NCBI RefSeq assembly: GCF_964188315.1
Contig: NC_135660.1
Coordinates: forward strand, 82,150,001 to 82,214,000
DNA length: 64,000 nucleotides
Source of the DNA: Podarcis muralis
Lineage: Eukaryota
Reading direction: 5' to 3'
Shown: in pieces, positions 1-12,320 of the stretch
How positions within the stretch are numbered: the first letter of the stretch is position 1
How the letters are laid out: the number at the start of each line of letters is the position of its first letter
Position numbers and translations under genes: made by a program
Notes under the pieces: model-generated
What the model saw: only the letters and a program-made list of their open reading frames with translations
Told to the model about the DNA's origin: nothing
Databases searched by the model: none

Positions 1-107
1 GAGCACGATTTCTGTTCTCATCCTGAAGCAAAGTTCTTAACCCGAGGTACTATTCCTGGGTTAGCAGAGTCTGTAACCTGAAGCGTATGTAACCCGAGGT
101 ACCACTG
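1..107. mobile_element. Tc1/mariner-superfamily (pogo/Tigger-like) MITE, family 1, partial copy
   Basis: Ends GAGGTACCACTG|TA; near-identical to 1255-1496. Confidence 0.85.
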
Positions 108-362
108 TACCTGGTATCTCTGCCAGAACTGCCCATTCCCACTGTCATTTCATAATGCTGGACAAAGTGTTGCTGGACAAAGTGTTGCACAAAAACCCAA
201 CCCTTAAAGTTTAACCCCCAATGATTCTGGCTATATGTACTGAATAACAGCTGCGGCTTAAACATATTCCATAACTTATTATCTCGCTTACTGCAGGGAA
301 GGGGGGAACAGAAGTGAATGTCACTGTTGGTTTTCCCCTCTGCGTTTTCATATTGTGCACTA

Positions 363-726
363 AAAAGTAAAGGTAAAGGTACCCCTGCCGGTACGGGCCA
401 GTCTTGACAGACTCTAGGGTTGTGCGCCCATCTCACTCAAGAGGCCGGGGGCCAGCGCTGTCCGGAGACACTTCCGGGTCACATGGCCAGTGTGACATCG
501 CTGCTCTGGCGAGCCAGAGCCGCACACGGAAACACTGTTTACCTTCCCGCTAGTAAGCGGTCCCTATTTATCTACTTGCACCCGGGGGTGCTTTCGAACT
601 GCTAGGTTGGCAGGCGCTGGGACCGAACAGCGGGAGCGCACCCTGCTGCGGGGATTCGAACCGCCGACCTTTCGATCGGCAAGCCCTAGGCGCTGAGGCT
701 TTTACCCACAGCGCCACCCGCGTCCC
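363..726 (-). mobile_element. Sauria SINE, full length
   Basis: Minus strand starts GGGACGCGGGTGGCGCTG with a tRNA-like B box GGTTCGAATCCC and ends in an (ACCTTT)n tail; 10-bp TSD TTGTGCACTA at 353-362 and 750-759. Confidence 0.9.
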
Positions 727-829
727 GCCTAGGGGAATGCATAATACATTTGTGCACTAGGGGAATGCATAATACATGCCCTGTCTATTGAATTCAATTC
801 CTAATTGTTCTGGCTCTTTATTGCTTCAG

Positions 830-912
830 CCGTATGTTTTGTACCAATTGGACCGGATTACTCCAACCCAGCTGGAGAAGTTTCTCGAGACCTGTAGAGA
901 GAAGTATATGAG
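830..912 (+). CDS. POLR3A: POLR3A (RNA polymerase III largest subunit RPC1) coding exon, equivalent to human exon ~23
   Basis: ttgcttcAG|CCG..ATGAG|GTatgg; 83 nt; [27 protein letters not shown](R), matching recalled RPC1 sequence. Confidence 0.95.
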
Positions 913-1254
913 GTATGGATAATTCCCCACCCCCACCCCCCCGGGTAGGAGTGAATGTCATTCAAACTGATTTAGCCAAATCTGATTATAAGTAGGTGAG
1001 AAACTGATAGAAAGTATTCTCCTGCTTCTCGGGCAGAACTTAGGAGGTCTGAAGCGGGAAGCAAGTTTTAGCCAAAGTTCAGTTTCTCGCTCAGATGTTT
1101 GTCTCAGTGTCAATGTAGCTAAAAAGAAAAGTAGTAATGGATCTGCAATTGTTACATGATTCATGCTAATATGGCAATGACCAGCTTCCCTCAGATTGAT
1201 TGTAAAGTTGCCCATCTCCCCTGATACATAGTTAAATTCCTTGCATACTTACTA

Positions 1255-1496
1255 CAGTGGTACCTCAGGTTAAGTACTTAATTCGTTCCGGAGGTCCGTA
1301 CTTAACCTGAAACTGTTCTTAACCTGAAGCACCACTTTAACTAATGGGGCCTCCTGCTGCTGCCGCGCCGCCAGAGCACGATTTCTGTTCTCATCCTGAA
1401 GCAAAGTTCTTAACCTGAAGCACTATTTCTGGGTTAGCAGAGTCTGTAACCTGAAGCGTATGTAACCTGTAGCGTATGTAACCCGAGGTACCACTG
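1255..1496. mobile_element. Tc1/mariner-superfamily MITE, family 1
   Basis: TA|CAGTGGTACCTC..GAGGTACCACTG|TA; repeated internal TAACCTGAAG motif. Confidence 0.9.
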
Positions 1497-1690
1497 TATT
1501 TCCCCAAACCTAAAAAGCATTGCAGCTTCCCAGACTAAAGGATCATCCCTTTCCTCCCCACCCCCCACCCACAATTACATTGTTCTGGGGTTTCTCCCAA
1601 CCCCCAGGGCCATGGGGGGGGGGAGCAGAAGGAGGAAGCCCCATTGCAGAAGCCCTCACACATGGCTTGCACTGATGGGACTCATTAGGT

Positions 1691-1972
1691 CAGTGGTTCC
1701 TAAAGGGTGATGGGCGGGACAGTATGGCAAGTGTGGCAGACAGATTCAATCAGTATTATATTGTGGACATAATTCATGTTCTTGTGTAGCCACAATGATT
1801 TCTGTTTTCCGGATGTCCTGTGATCATATTGTGAAGTAGTTGTGTTCTGTATTACAAATCAAGCATTGCTGGGAGTTGTTTTGTTTCCCAATGTATTTCT
1901 TACCAATAAAAAAATTGGGCAGTTTTTTCCTCTGGAAGTGCGTCCCAGAGAAAAAAAGTTTGAGAACCACTG
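1691..1972. mobile_element. hAT-type non-autonomous element
   Basis: CAGTGGTTCCT..GAGAACCACTG termini; shares the CCCAGAGAAAAAA..TTTGAGAACCACT end with 42038-42338. Confidence 0.65.
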
Positions 1973-2288
1973 TGTTAGGGGAATCCACCTTCACCGCACC
2001 CACCCGCCGTAATTTTTTGTACTTATGATTTCTCCAGTAGTAAGAAGCACACGTTTTAGTCCTTGCAGTGAAACAAAATATAAATGCAAGCACCTGAGAT
2101 TTCCCAGTAATACTACTACTGAAACTAAGGGTATTATATAGCAGGACATTTCCTGGATGACATTCAAATTTATTATTATTACAGTATATATTTAAACAAA
2201 TGTTATTACATTGGATGCTTGAATTGGATTGAACAGTAATTATGAAACACAACAATTGCAGAGATGGTGGTCCTGCTGCCCTCTAGAT

Positions 2289-2423
2289 CAGGCATCCCCA
2301 AACTCGGCCCTCCAGATGTTTTGGGACTACAATTCCCATCATCCCTGACCACTGGTCCTGTTAGCTAGGGATGATGGGAGTTGTAGTCCCAAACATCTGG
2401 AGGGCCGAGTTTGGGGATGCCTG
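2289..2423. mobile_element. hAT (Charlie-like) hairpin MITE
   Basis: Near-perfect palindrome CAGGCATCCCCAAACTCGGCCCTCCAGATG..; 8-bp TSD CTCTAGAT/CTCTAGGT; degenerate relatives near 11740, 23575, 28270, 60765, 61600 and 63600. Confidence 0.85.
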
Positions 2424-3744
2424 CTCTAGGTGCTGCTGCAATGCAGCTCCCATAATCCCTGATCGTTGGCAGTGTTAATGGGAGTTGAAGTCCATTAACA
2501 TCTGGAGGGCCTCAGTTTCCCCATCTCTGCATTGCAGTGAAACGCTATAAATAGTCTTGCCTTTGGATGCGCTGATTGCCTTCCACCAGGTGGTAGCAAA
2601 CGCGGAAGGCTCCAGATTACAAAACGGAAGGAGATCTGAAATTATCCTGGGCCTCAAGTTATTCAACTATGGACGGCTGCTGCATTAACTAATAATAAAT
2701 CCCACTAAGCAAACTATTAAGTTTAAGCATGTTGTGCCTATGGTTTCTCTGTCATTTAGGTTTTGTAATAGGAGGTATACTGTATAAGAATAATGCTTGT
2801 TTTAAATGTTTGTGCTAGCTTTTAGCCCATAACAACATAAAAGCAACTTCTATGAGGAACAGAAGCACTAAAACCATATTGAAAATGTATTGCAGAAGCA
2901 GCAAAGGGGCACATAAAACACTGAATTGCGAATGAATTTACTTGTGTGTAAGATCACCAAAAAACAGGACTATTGGGAGAAGCAATTTCCCTTCCCAGCC
3001 CTTCCCAGTGGATATTTTGGGGTGGGTTGATTCCACACACACACACCAATCTAAATATTCTGTCTTGGCATCAGCGGAAAGGAAGTTACCTTTGTTTCCG
3101 AACTGCCTTTATCCTGAATCTTGACATTGGTTTGGAGAAGGCTGAGGCTTTTTTTATACTGGAAGAAGACAGTACTAGTCTTGAGGCTGTTACTGCTCTG
3201 TGAGTTGATTTGCTTTATGTAGAGAAGGTCCATAATATGCCGTAGGATTGTTTCGCTGGGATTTAACTAAGGGTGACAGCTGTCCTCTGATCTTCTACTT
3301 GCTTCGTTGCATAAGCTCTCGCTAAGCATATTGCTGCTGTGACTCTGTGCATCTTGGAGCCTTAGCTTTGCCCTGCCAGATGAGGATGGTTAACAAATGG
3401 GATTTAAAATAATTGTTTGATGTTGACCTCCTTGGCTGAGATCACTTAGCCTGTGCACAAGAAAACGACAGTGCTGATAATATTCATTGGGGTATTCAGA
3501 TCAGGGCTGGTCCAGTGACCTTGGTAAGGGCACCAATTGAATCTCATCTACCAAATGAACTCATGTTGATACAATAAGACACCTTTTTCATGTCATGGGG
3601 TTCATAGCCTTGATGCTTCTAGTGTTCACTGTCTCCGTGTTGTTATTTGCTGTCAAATGGCTGATATGTTTTATTATAGGGTAAAAAAACATTTTGTCTG
3701 CCTTTGAAGGCATTTCAGAATAGGGTAATTATATATAGGAGACC

Positions 3745-4470
3745 CTGATTGTTGCTGGAGGAGCTGAAGGATGTTCACAGATTTATCTGGGCAGCCAATT
3801 TTCAGAAGGACAGTCCACAGGGCATTACGATTTACATTGTCGAAGGCCTTTGTCAGATCAAAAAATGCCATATACAGGAGTTGGTTTTGCTCTCTGCATT
3901 TTTCTTGAAGCTGTCAAGTGGTGAAAATCATGTCCACTGTCCCCCTAGAAAGCCGAAAACCATTCTGGGATTCAGGAAGGGTAGATTTGGATATTGTTAG
4001 GAGACAGTTTGCTAAGATCCTTGGAAGAATTTTGCTGGCCGCAGCTAATAGAGAGATGCCTCAGTAGTTTCCGCAATCAGTTCTGTCACCTTTTTTAAAG
4101 AGATTGATAATTTTGGCACCCCTAAAATCTGCTGGGATCTCTTCTCTCTCCCAGATTTTTTCAATGAGCTTGTGAAGTTGTTGTGTAAATTCAGTTCCAC
4201 CCACTTTGGAGACTTTGGCAGGTATCCCATCAGGTCCGCTGGCTTTGTTGTTTTCTATTTGGGTAATAGCTGTACACAACTCTCCCAGATTTGGAGATAC
4301 TGCAAGCTCATCTCTAACTTGTTTTTGCGGAATTTGTGAGAGGACCTCAGCAGCTACGAGGGGGTTGTGGTTAAGGAGATGATGGTAATGTTCTTTCCAG
4401 CGCAGTGCAATAGCTTCTTTATCTTTTAGAAGTGTGGTACCGTCTACTGAGTGTAAGGGGCGTATGCCAG
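3745..4470 (-). mobile_element. RTE-clade LINE internal fragment (RT N-terminal part), decayed
   Basis: Encodes NNKASGPDGIPA..GDRTDCGNY and FFDLTKAFDNVNRNALW..KIGCP; highly similar to 57715-58437. Confidence 0.9.
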
Positions 4471-4920
4471 GAGGCTTATGAGGGAACAGTTTCAGGCAGC
4501 TGATCTTTGGACCTTGTGATTGTGAAGGATCAGGGAGAAAAACAAAATGTCTATTAAATGAACGGCTCTCCTGAACACCTGTGCTTTCACTTTCTTAAAA
4601 TAGAGTGTTTGACCATTATATAATATATAGTTGAAAGTGTGTAGCCGGTGCCTGATGAATTCTCAGAATGCAAAAAAAAAGGTGACGGGAAGATTTTGAG
4701 CTGTCTATGCTCCTAGGCTACAACAAAGCTTCTTGTCTTCCACCAGAGTTTTAAAAAGTGGGTTTTATGATTTCATAGTGCCACACTGAACCTTTTGGGG
4801 TTTTTTATCCAGTACAGAGAATGGGGATCTTGGTCCTTGGAGGCCAGCTCAGCCAGGAACTCTAGAATCGACTCGTAGGTGTGAAGATTAATAAATACAA
4901 AAGTTTTCTTGGTTTTATAA

Positions 4921-5100
<180 letters not shown>

Positions 5101-5961
5101 TGAAGCCGGATTTTATTCTCATCTTGATATTTGAATGGCAGATTTAATTATAACAGGGAGGTTTCTCTCTCTCTGTCAACTTGCTAGCTGGAGTCAGAGT
5201 CTGGCCACTATAATAAACAGAAACTGACAGCAGCAGGATAACTACAACATTTGATCTATCCAGTAATTCTTGCCTATGACACAAACATTTGTCTTCTGAA
5301 AAGGAAACAAGTTGAGTAACTCAACTTCTGCTTGGGGGGGGGGATAAGCTGCAGGATGATATCCCTTGGATGGCTGCTAAATGCTCTCATTTATAGGGGT
5401 TCAATCTATTTGTTGCTCTCTTGATCCAACAAAATGTGACTTTTTTTTTTAAGGTAGAGAGTTATTTCTTAGGCCTACCTGTTGGTCAAAGCAAAAAAAT
5501 AACTGAACCTAAAAAGTTACAGTGTACCTGCCATTTGCTACCTCGACCTAAGGCAGCAAGATAAAAGGGGGTCAATTTAGTAGCTGATTGCACTATAATT
5601 AGTAGACTCTTGATTAACGAAGTCAAGATACTGTGTGAACAAGGTCAAGGCTCATAAGAGGAACCTCCATTCACACAAAAGTGTTGTGCTATGTCTTCCA
5701 AGCTATGAGCAAGATTCAGTATCCTTGAAATAATTGGTTTGGGATTCTTCTTACTGAAAAGCAACAAATTTCAGTAGAGTAACTGCAGATGTGCGGTTTA
5801 TGGGTTTTTTTTAGATTTTAAACGTACGGGCATCGTAAGTTGTTTCGTACAATGTTTAGTTCTCGATATATAAAATAGAATTATTAGTAATGTTCATGGT
5901 ACGTAAAGGTAATAAACCAGTAAGCTTTTCACAATGATATGCTTTTGCTGCTTATCTATAG

Positions 5962-6055
5962 TACGCCGATTATCACAGCCCACCTTGACACGGACGATGA
6001 TCCAGACTTTGCCCGTTTGGTCAAAGGAAGAATAGAGAAGACACTACTGGGAGAG
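5962..6055 (+). CDS. POLR3A: POLR3A coding exon (~25)
   Basis: ctatAG|T..GAG|GTagac; 94 nt; [31 protein letters not shown]. Confidence 0.97.
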
Positions 6056-6146
6056 GTAGACAGTGCCTTATTGTTGCTTAATATACAATATTTCCCATTA
6101 TGGTTCTGCACTGCTGTGGTGCTTATTAAACAATGAGCACGGTTGA

Positions 6147-6281
<135 letters not shown>

Positions 6282-6830
6282 TGATAACTGTGTTCGAGGA
6301 ACTGATTTGCCACAGGGGTGCCTTCAGGCAGGGCAGATACCCCAGTGAAAATTAGCGCGGCTTTTTCTGTAGTGCTTTAATTTATTCTAGTTATTGCTCT
6401 GTGGTACCTTCAATATGTTAATTGCTTCTGCAGCATGCATCTATGCACATTTTCAAAGAGAATTAATGTTCTCTGCTAGTTTCCCCCTAACCAGATTTGA
6501 AGGGAGCAGGGAGCAGATGGATCAGGCTAGCTGTCTTTCTATTTCCAGCCTGTGTCAGTTTCACACACATTTATTCATAGGAACATAGGAAGCTACCTTA
6601 TAGAGACTTTGACCATTGGCCCATGTAACTCAGTAAGGTCTACATTGATTGGCAGCAGCTCTTCAGAGTTTCAGACTGGAGACATCAAAGCTGTACTTGG
6701 AGATGCTTTGGATCGAACCTGGAGCCTTTAGCAAAACACATGCTCTACCACAGATCTACAAAGCCCTAACTCTCTTCTGATCCCTTTCCATGTTAATCTG
6801 CATTTTTTTTAAAAAAGCCCATGAACAGTA

Positions 6831-7080
6831 CAGTCATACCTTGGATCCCGAATGCCTTGCAAGTCGAAAGTTTTGGCTCCCGAACACTGCAAACCCGCAA
6901 GTGACTGTTCTGGTTTGTGAACTATTTTGGGAAGCTGAACGTCCGACGTGGCTTTCGCAGCTTCTGATTGGCTGTAGGAGCTTCCTGCAGCCAATCAGAA
7001 GCTGCACTTTGGTTTCCGAACGTTTTGGAAGTCAAACAGACTTCCAGAATGGATTCTGTTCGACTTCCAAGGTACGACTG
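6831..7080. mobile_element. Tc1/mariner-superfamily MITE (related to family 3)
   Basis: TA|CAGTCATACCTTGG..CCAAGGTACGACTG|TA; internal palindrome GCAGCTTCTGATTGGCTG..CAGCCAATCAGAAGCTGC. Confidence 0.8.
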
Positions 7081-7136
7081 TAGTATCTAAATTCATATTT
7101 GAATATCTACGCAGAATATGTATATATGTAGTTTAT

Positions 7137-7448
7137 TTGTTGTTGTTTAGTCGTTTAGTCCTGTCCGACTCTTCGTGACCCCATGGACCAGAGCACACCA
7201 GGCACTCCTGTCTTCCACCACCTCCCGCAGTTTGGTCAGGCTCATGTTTGTAGCTTCGAGAACACCGTCCAACCATCTTGTCATCTGTCGTCCCTTTCTC
7301 CTTGTGCCCTCCATCTTTCCCAACATCAGGGTCTTTTCCAGGGAGTCTTCTCTTCTCATGAGGTGGCCAAAGTATTGGAGCCTCAACTTCACGATCTGCC
7401 CTTCCAGTGAGCACTCAGGGCTGATTTCCTTAAGAATGGATACGTTTG
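7137..7448 (-). mobile_element. BovB (RTE) LINE, 5'-truncated 3' end
   Basis: Open frame LKLRLQYFGHLMRREDSLEKTLMLGKMEG..RWLDG..WCALVHGVTKSRT; (CAA)n tail; TSD ATGTAGTTTAT at 7126-7136 and 7449-7459. Confidence 0.92.
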
Positions 7449-8185
7449 ATGTAGTTTATATCAACATGCATATTTCAGGATAAAAAAAGAGAAATCTGTA
7501 TGTTGGTATGCCTTTTCTTTTGAGATGAGAACTGCGTTGCAAAATTTGGGAAAATGCAAATTCCAAAGGATAATTGCACTCTGATTTGCGTGTTAGTCTG
7601 GAGGTGTGAATTAGGTCAGCTTGTTTGAAAATCCAGACTAAATGAAATTTTCCTCCATCCCTAGCTGCACCAGGATTTGTAAGCCCAGAATGCCTGTTTG
7701 TTGTTTCTTATATGCAGAAGCATCCAAATGTCATTTACACCTGTGGTCCAAAGTGGTACATCTTAACAATAATCTGAACCATGTAATTACTCTGACCATG
7801 TAAGCTGGCTCATAGAACTTGGCTTGCAGCTGCTGTGCAGACAATATTTTAAATAAATTTCTGATGAAATTCCGAGCAGGCAATTCCTGGAGTGATTTGC
7901 ACTGATCTCTTTAGGGCATGTAAAAGTAATATTGTCTCAGACCCAACTAATGCATCAATTTCTGCTCTCTTGAGGGCCCCCGCAGTTCATCCACCGCTGT
8001 AATCCCTGAGCCCATATGGCCCCAAGTAATCTCTCTTCAGCAGCGTTGGGTTGCTCTTGCCACTATGCTTCTCTTGTTGGTCCAAACATGGCAACGGGCA
8101 GTGAGCAGCTGCAAATCATGGTGGTCAGGTTACGAGGCAGTGGCTAGCCAGAGATGGTCCAGTGAGTTCCATGGCAGAGCAGGGA

Positions 8186-8520
8186 GGGACCCGGGTGGCG
8201 CTGTGGACTTGCTGATCGGAAGGTTGGCGGTTCAAATCCCCACGACGGAGTGAGCTCCCGTTACTTAGTCCCTGCTCCTGCCAACCTAGCAGTTCGAAAG
8301 CACGTCAAACTGCAAGTAGATAAATAGGTACCGCTCCGGCGGGAAGGTAAACGGTGTTTCCGTGCACTGCTCTGGTTCGCCAGAAGTGGCTTAGTCATGC
8401 CGGCCACATGACCCAGAAGCTGTACGCCGGCTCCCTCGGCCAATAAAGCGAGATGAGCGCCGCAACCCCAGAGTCAGCCACAACTGGACCTAATGGTCAG
8501 GGGTCCCTTTACCTTTACCT
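8186..8520 (+). mobile_element. Sauria SINE
   Basis: GGGACCCGGGTGGCGCTG head, B box, body shared with other copies, ACCTTTACCT tail. Confidence 0.9.
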
Positions 8521-9837
8521 CCTCTATTTGCATCTACCGTCCCAAATGCAATTGCCACTCATTGCTTCAGAGGGACAGGCTTGTCTTGGACTTGGACTCA
8601 AGTGGGAATGGACCTCTTGGTCATTGAAAGCAATGTGGGCAAGTTCCTCCTCAACAGTGCCTAGGCAGGCTACCCAAAGACATCCTCCACCTTACCACTG
8701 GTGGTAGGCCTGAGAGCCCCACCATCTCCACCATGGCCTGCAACCTGAGGACACCAACCAGCACAGCATCTGGCTGAGCAGGCTTAACAATAGGCATGAT
8801 TCGCATGTGTGTATTTTAATGAACTGAACAGAGTAAAAGGTTATGAGTCATGGGGCTGCAGAGATTGTGTGAGTGAACTTAGTGCTTAGCTTGTATTTTA
8901 ATTGCTATTTTGTTAATGTTTTTAATATTGTTTTATAGATTCTAAATGCTGCGTTGATTTGTTAATCATATGACTTGCCATAATTGTGAGGTTTAGCTTA
9001 TTTTTTTAGTTGCTGTTTTGTTTAGTTTTTTTATAGATTGCAACTGTTTTATTGATAATTTGTTAATTATTTTATATGATGTATGCTGTATTCACAATGT
9101 GCTATTATGTTTTATTATGTTATGGTTATTTATTGGTTGTAAGCCGCTTTGAGATTCATTTGAATGAAAAGTGGCCTAGAAATACAATCAATCAAATCAA
9201 TCACCAGGGTTAGCCAGATGAAATTAGAGAGTCCTGACCTCCTGTTAATTTCCCTGTTTGAGGCTGAAGCTATACATGGCACAGAATGAGTTGGGAAAGT
9301 CCTGCAGTGGTAAACCAGCCTCTACCTCTTCGGCTGCAGATACCACTTTCATGTGAGCGAGTAGTCAAAAGACCTCTCTTACAATACACTAGCATATAAG
9401 GAAGAAAGGTTTGGAGCAGTCCTCTCTCAGTTCAGTACATCCTTTTTATCTGTACGAGGTCAATTTAAATGGCACTCTGCACAACCAGTTGCAGTCTGAA
9501 GTTGCACATCTGTGCAATATGTAGAATGACTGTAATTCATGCACCCAACTTGAGGAGCATGGGGGGGGGGGCGTACCTGGGAGTCATTACTTCCAACATT
9601 ACATTGAAAATGTAAGAAGAGGATGTATGGGTCAGTTGTGCCGCCCAAAGCCTCCCTCATTAGCATGAGGCTGAAATGGACATTCCCCTCAACTGTCACA
9701 CATTTCAGAACTGAATATTTTGGGGGCTCCTGGGCAGTAGCGAACATCGCCTGGCCAAATAGAATAGCATCTTGCGAATGCCGTCAAATAATCGCTTGCA
9801 GAGCTTTTGCCAGACTAGTGTTTTGGACACTGTGTAA

Positions 9838-10161
<324 letters not shown>

Positions 10162-10448
10162 TAGTGTGAGAATTCTTGAAAACCTCTGCTAAGAATACCC
10201 CCGTTTCATTTCTTACTTTTTTCATCTTTCCCCCGAAGAAGCTTTTGTAATTTGAAAACATATTGAGCATCTTGTTCCTTTATAAATTTGTGCATATTTA
10301 ACAGAAGCGGATCTGGGTATTGCCCTCTTGCTGTTAGATGAGCCTATTTTACATCATGATATATATTTTGCTTGTGTTTGTATGTATATGTAGAGAGATC
10401 AGATTTTATTACAGTACATACCATTTTTCAGCCCAAAGGCTCCCTAAG

Positions 10449-10586
10449 NNNNNNNNNNNNNNNNNNNNNNNNNNNNNNNNNNNNNNNNNNNNNNNNNNNN
10501 NNNNNNNNNNNNNNNNNNNNNNNNNNNNNNNNNNNNNNNNNNNNNNNNNNNNNNNNNNNNNNNNNNNNNNNNNNNNNNNNNNNNNN
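10449..10586. other. Assembly gap (138 N)
   Basis: Run of N; the flanks look like a LINE-tail repeat. Confidence 1.
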
Positions 10587-10643
10587 AGTACAATAAAATG
10601 CCTTCAGTCATTCAAAAAATAATACTGGGGATCACAGTGTAAT

Positions 10644-10838
10644 TCTTTGGCGATCACTCATGGCTGAGTAAGATTGTCTTCCATGAACACGGTCTTAACA
10701 GTGAGTCCGTAAGTTACTGTAGCGGTCAGTTCTGGATCCACACAGCCTTTCATAGTGGGGACATAGGTTTCTGGGCGGGAGTAGATCACGGTGAGGATTT
10801 GCCAAACGTGCCTTCCTCTTAGCTCGTTTCTCCCTTTC
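10644..10838 (-). mobile_element. RTE-clade LINE 3' end fragment
   Basis: Matches the 3' ends of 21218-21770 and 56453-58475 (GGAAGACAATCTTACTCAGC..GATCGCCAAAG). Confidence 0.85.
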
Positions 10839-11091
10839 AGTATAATAAATTAGGTGCTAAACCTTCAGGGTGCCGTGTTAGTTTTACTGAAGCTCTTTGG
10901 GAAGTTCCTCTTACGGATAACTTCGCAAATTTGCTTGAAGTGGTGATAGGTGGTTGCTTCTCTTAATCACAGTGAGCACACTCACTATTTTGTCAAAGCA
11001 GTGAAGTCTTTGATGCCCATTGGCTGAGTAGTAATGATGTCACAAAGAAGAATGATGTCACAAAGAAGCTGAGCAGTAGATGGAAGCTTAG

Positions 11092-11198
11092 GGAAAGAGA
11101 GCTCAGGGCTGAGGTTTGCTGAAGGAAAGAGAGCTCAGGGCTGAGGTTTGCTGAAGGAAAGAGAGCTCAGGGCTGAGGTTTGCTGAAGGAAAGAGAGC
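11092..11198. repeat. Minisatellite, 32-bp unit x ~3.3
   Basis: GGAAAGAGAGCTCAGGGCTGAGGTTTGCTGAA starts at 11092, 11124 and 11156, with a partial copy at 11188; the three full units are identical. Confidence 0.95.
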
Positions 11199-11906
11199 CT
11201 GACAGGCTGAAGAGACAGGAGCTGGAGGAATGGGGTAAGGAGAGAAAGAAGGGTGTACAGGAGAAGGGGACCCTTGAAGAGGATGCAGAGGAGCCAAGGA
11301 AATAATGAAGGGCAGAGAGTGGCAAGCAGGAACTGGGGGAAGAGGAAGAAACCAGTGGGAGGAGGTGTTGAAGAAACTGATTCTGTTTGGTTGCAATTGC
11401 ATTGAAAATAGCTTGGCCTTTCAAAAACAGCCAGTTCCCTACCAAAGCCAAACTATTTCCTTTCCAATAAAGAAATCAAATAACTACGTAACAAAATCAG
11501 TTGAGTGTCTAATTGAGGTAGACTGATCTGTGCCGGATGCATATTATTCGGGTTGCAAAAATGCACACGCCAAGTGAAAAGGCATGAAGTATAGAAGTCC
11601 CTGAAGACCATCCTTTGTAGGAATTCTGTTTTTATGTTGCAGATTGTGAGCCCTAGTTATGTGGACACCTTGCCTTCAAGTGTTCTGACTGCTTTCCTTC
11701 ACAGTCACAGCACACATCCGTGGAACTCCCAAGCAAATATGAAGAGCCAGGGGTGGAGGCTAACCTGTAGTCATCCCAATGTTGCTTGATTTCAGTTCCC
11801 ATTATCTCTGACCATTAGGCTATGCAGGCTTGGGACTGATGGGAGCTGGGAGTCACCTGCATCTGGAGGGCTACAGGTGTGTCGCTTCCAGTTTAGGCAA
11901 TATTAA

Positions 11907-12230
<324 letters not shown>

Positions 12231-12320
12231 TGAGCTGGTGGTGTGCGGCATAGTGGTTGAGCGATGGAGCCTGTGGAAGTTCTTGGTTCAAATGTCACCT
12301 TTTCCATGAATTTCCTAGGT

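Noticed and set aside
158-187. 15-bp tandem duplication GCTGGACAAAGTGTT x2
   Set aside because: A typical slippage duplication with no further structure.
11092-11198. CRISPR-like array
   Set aside because: Head-to-tail units with no spacers in a vertebrate genome; an ordinary minisatellite.
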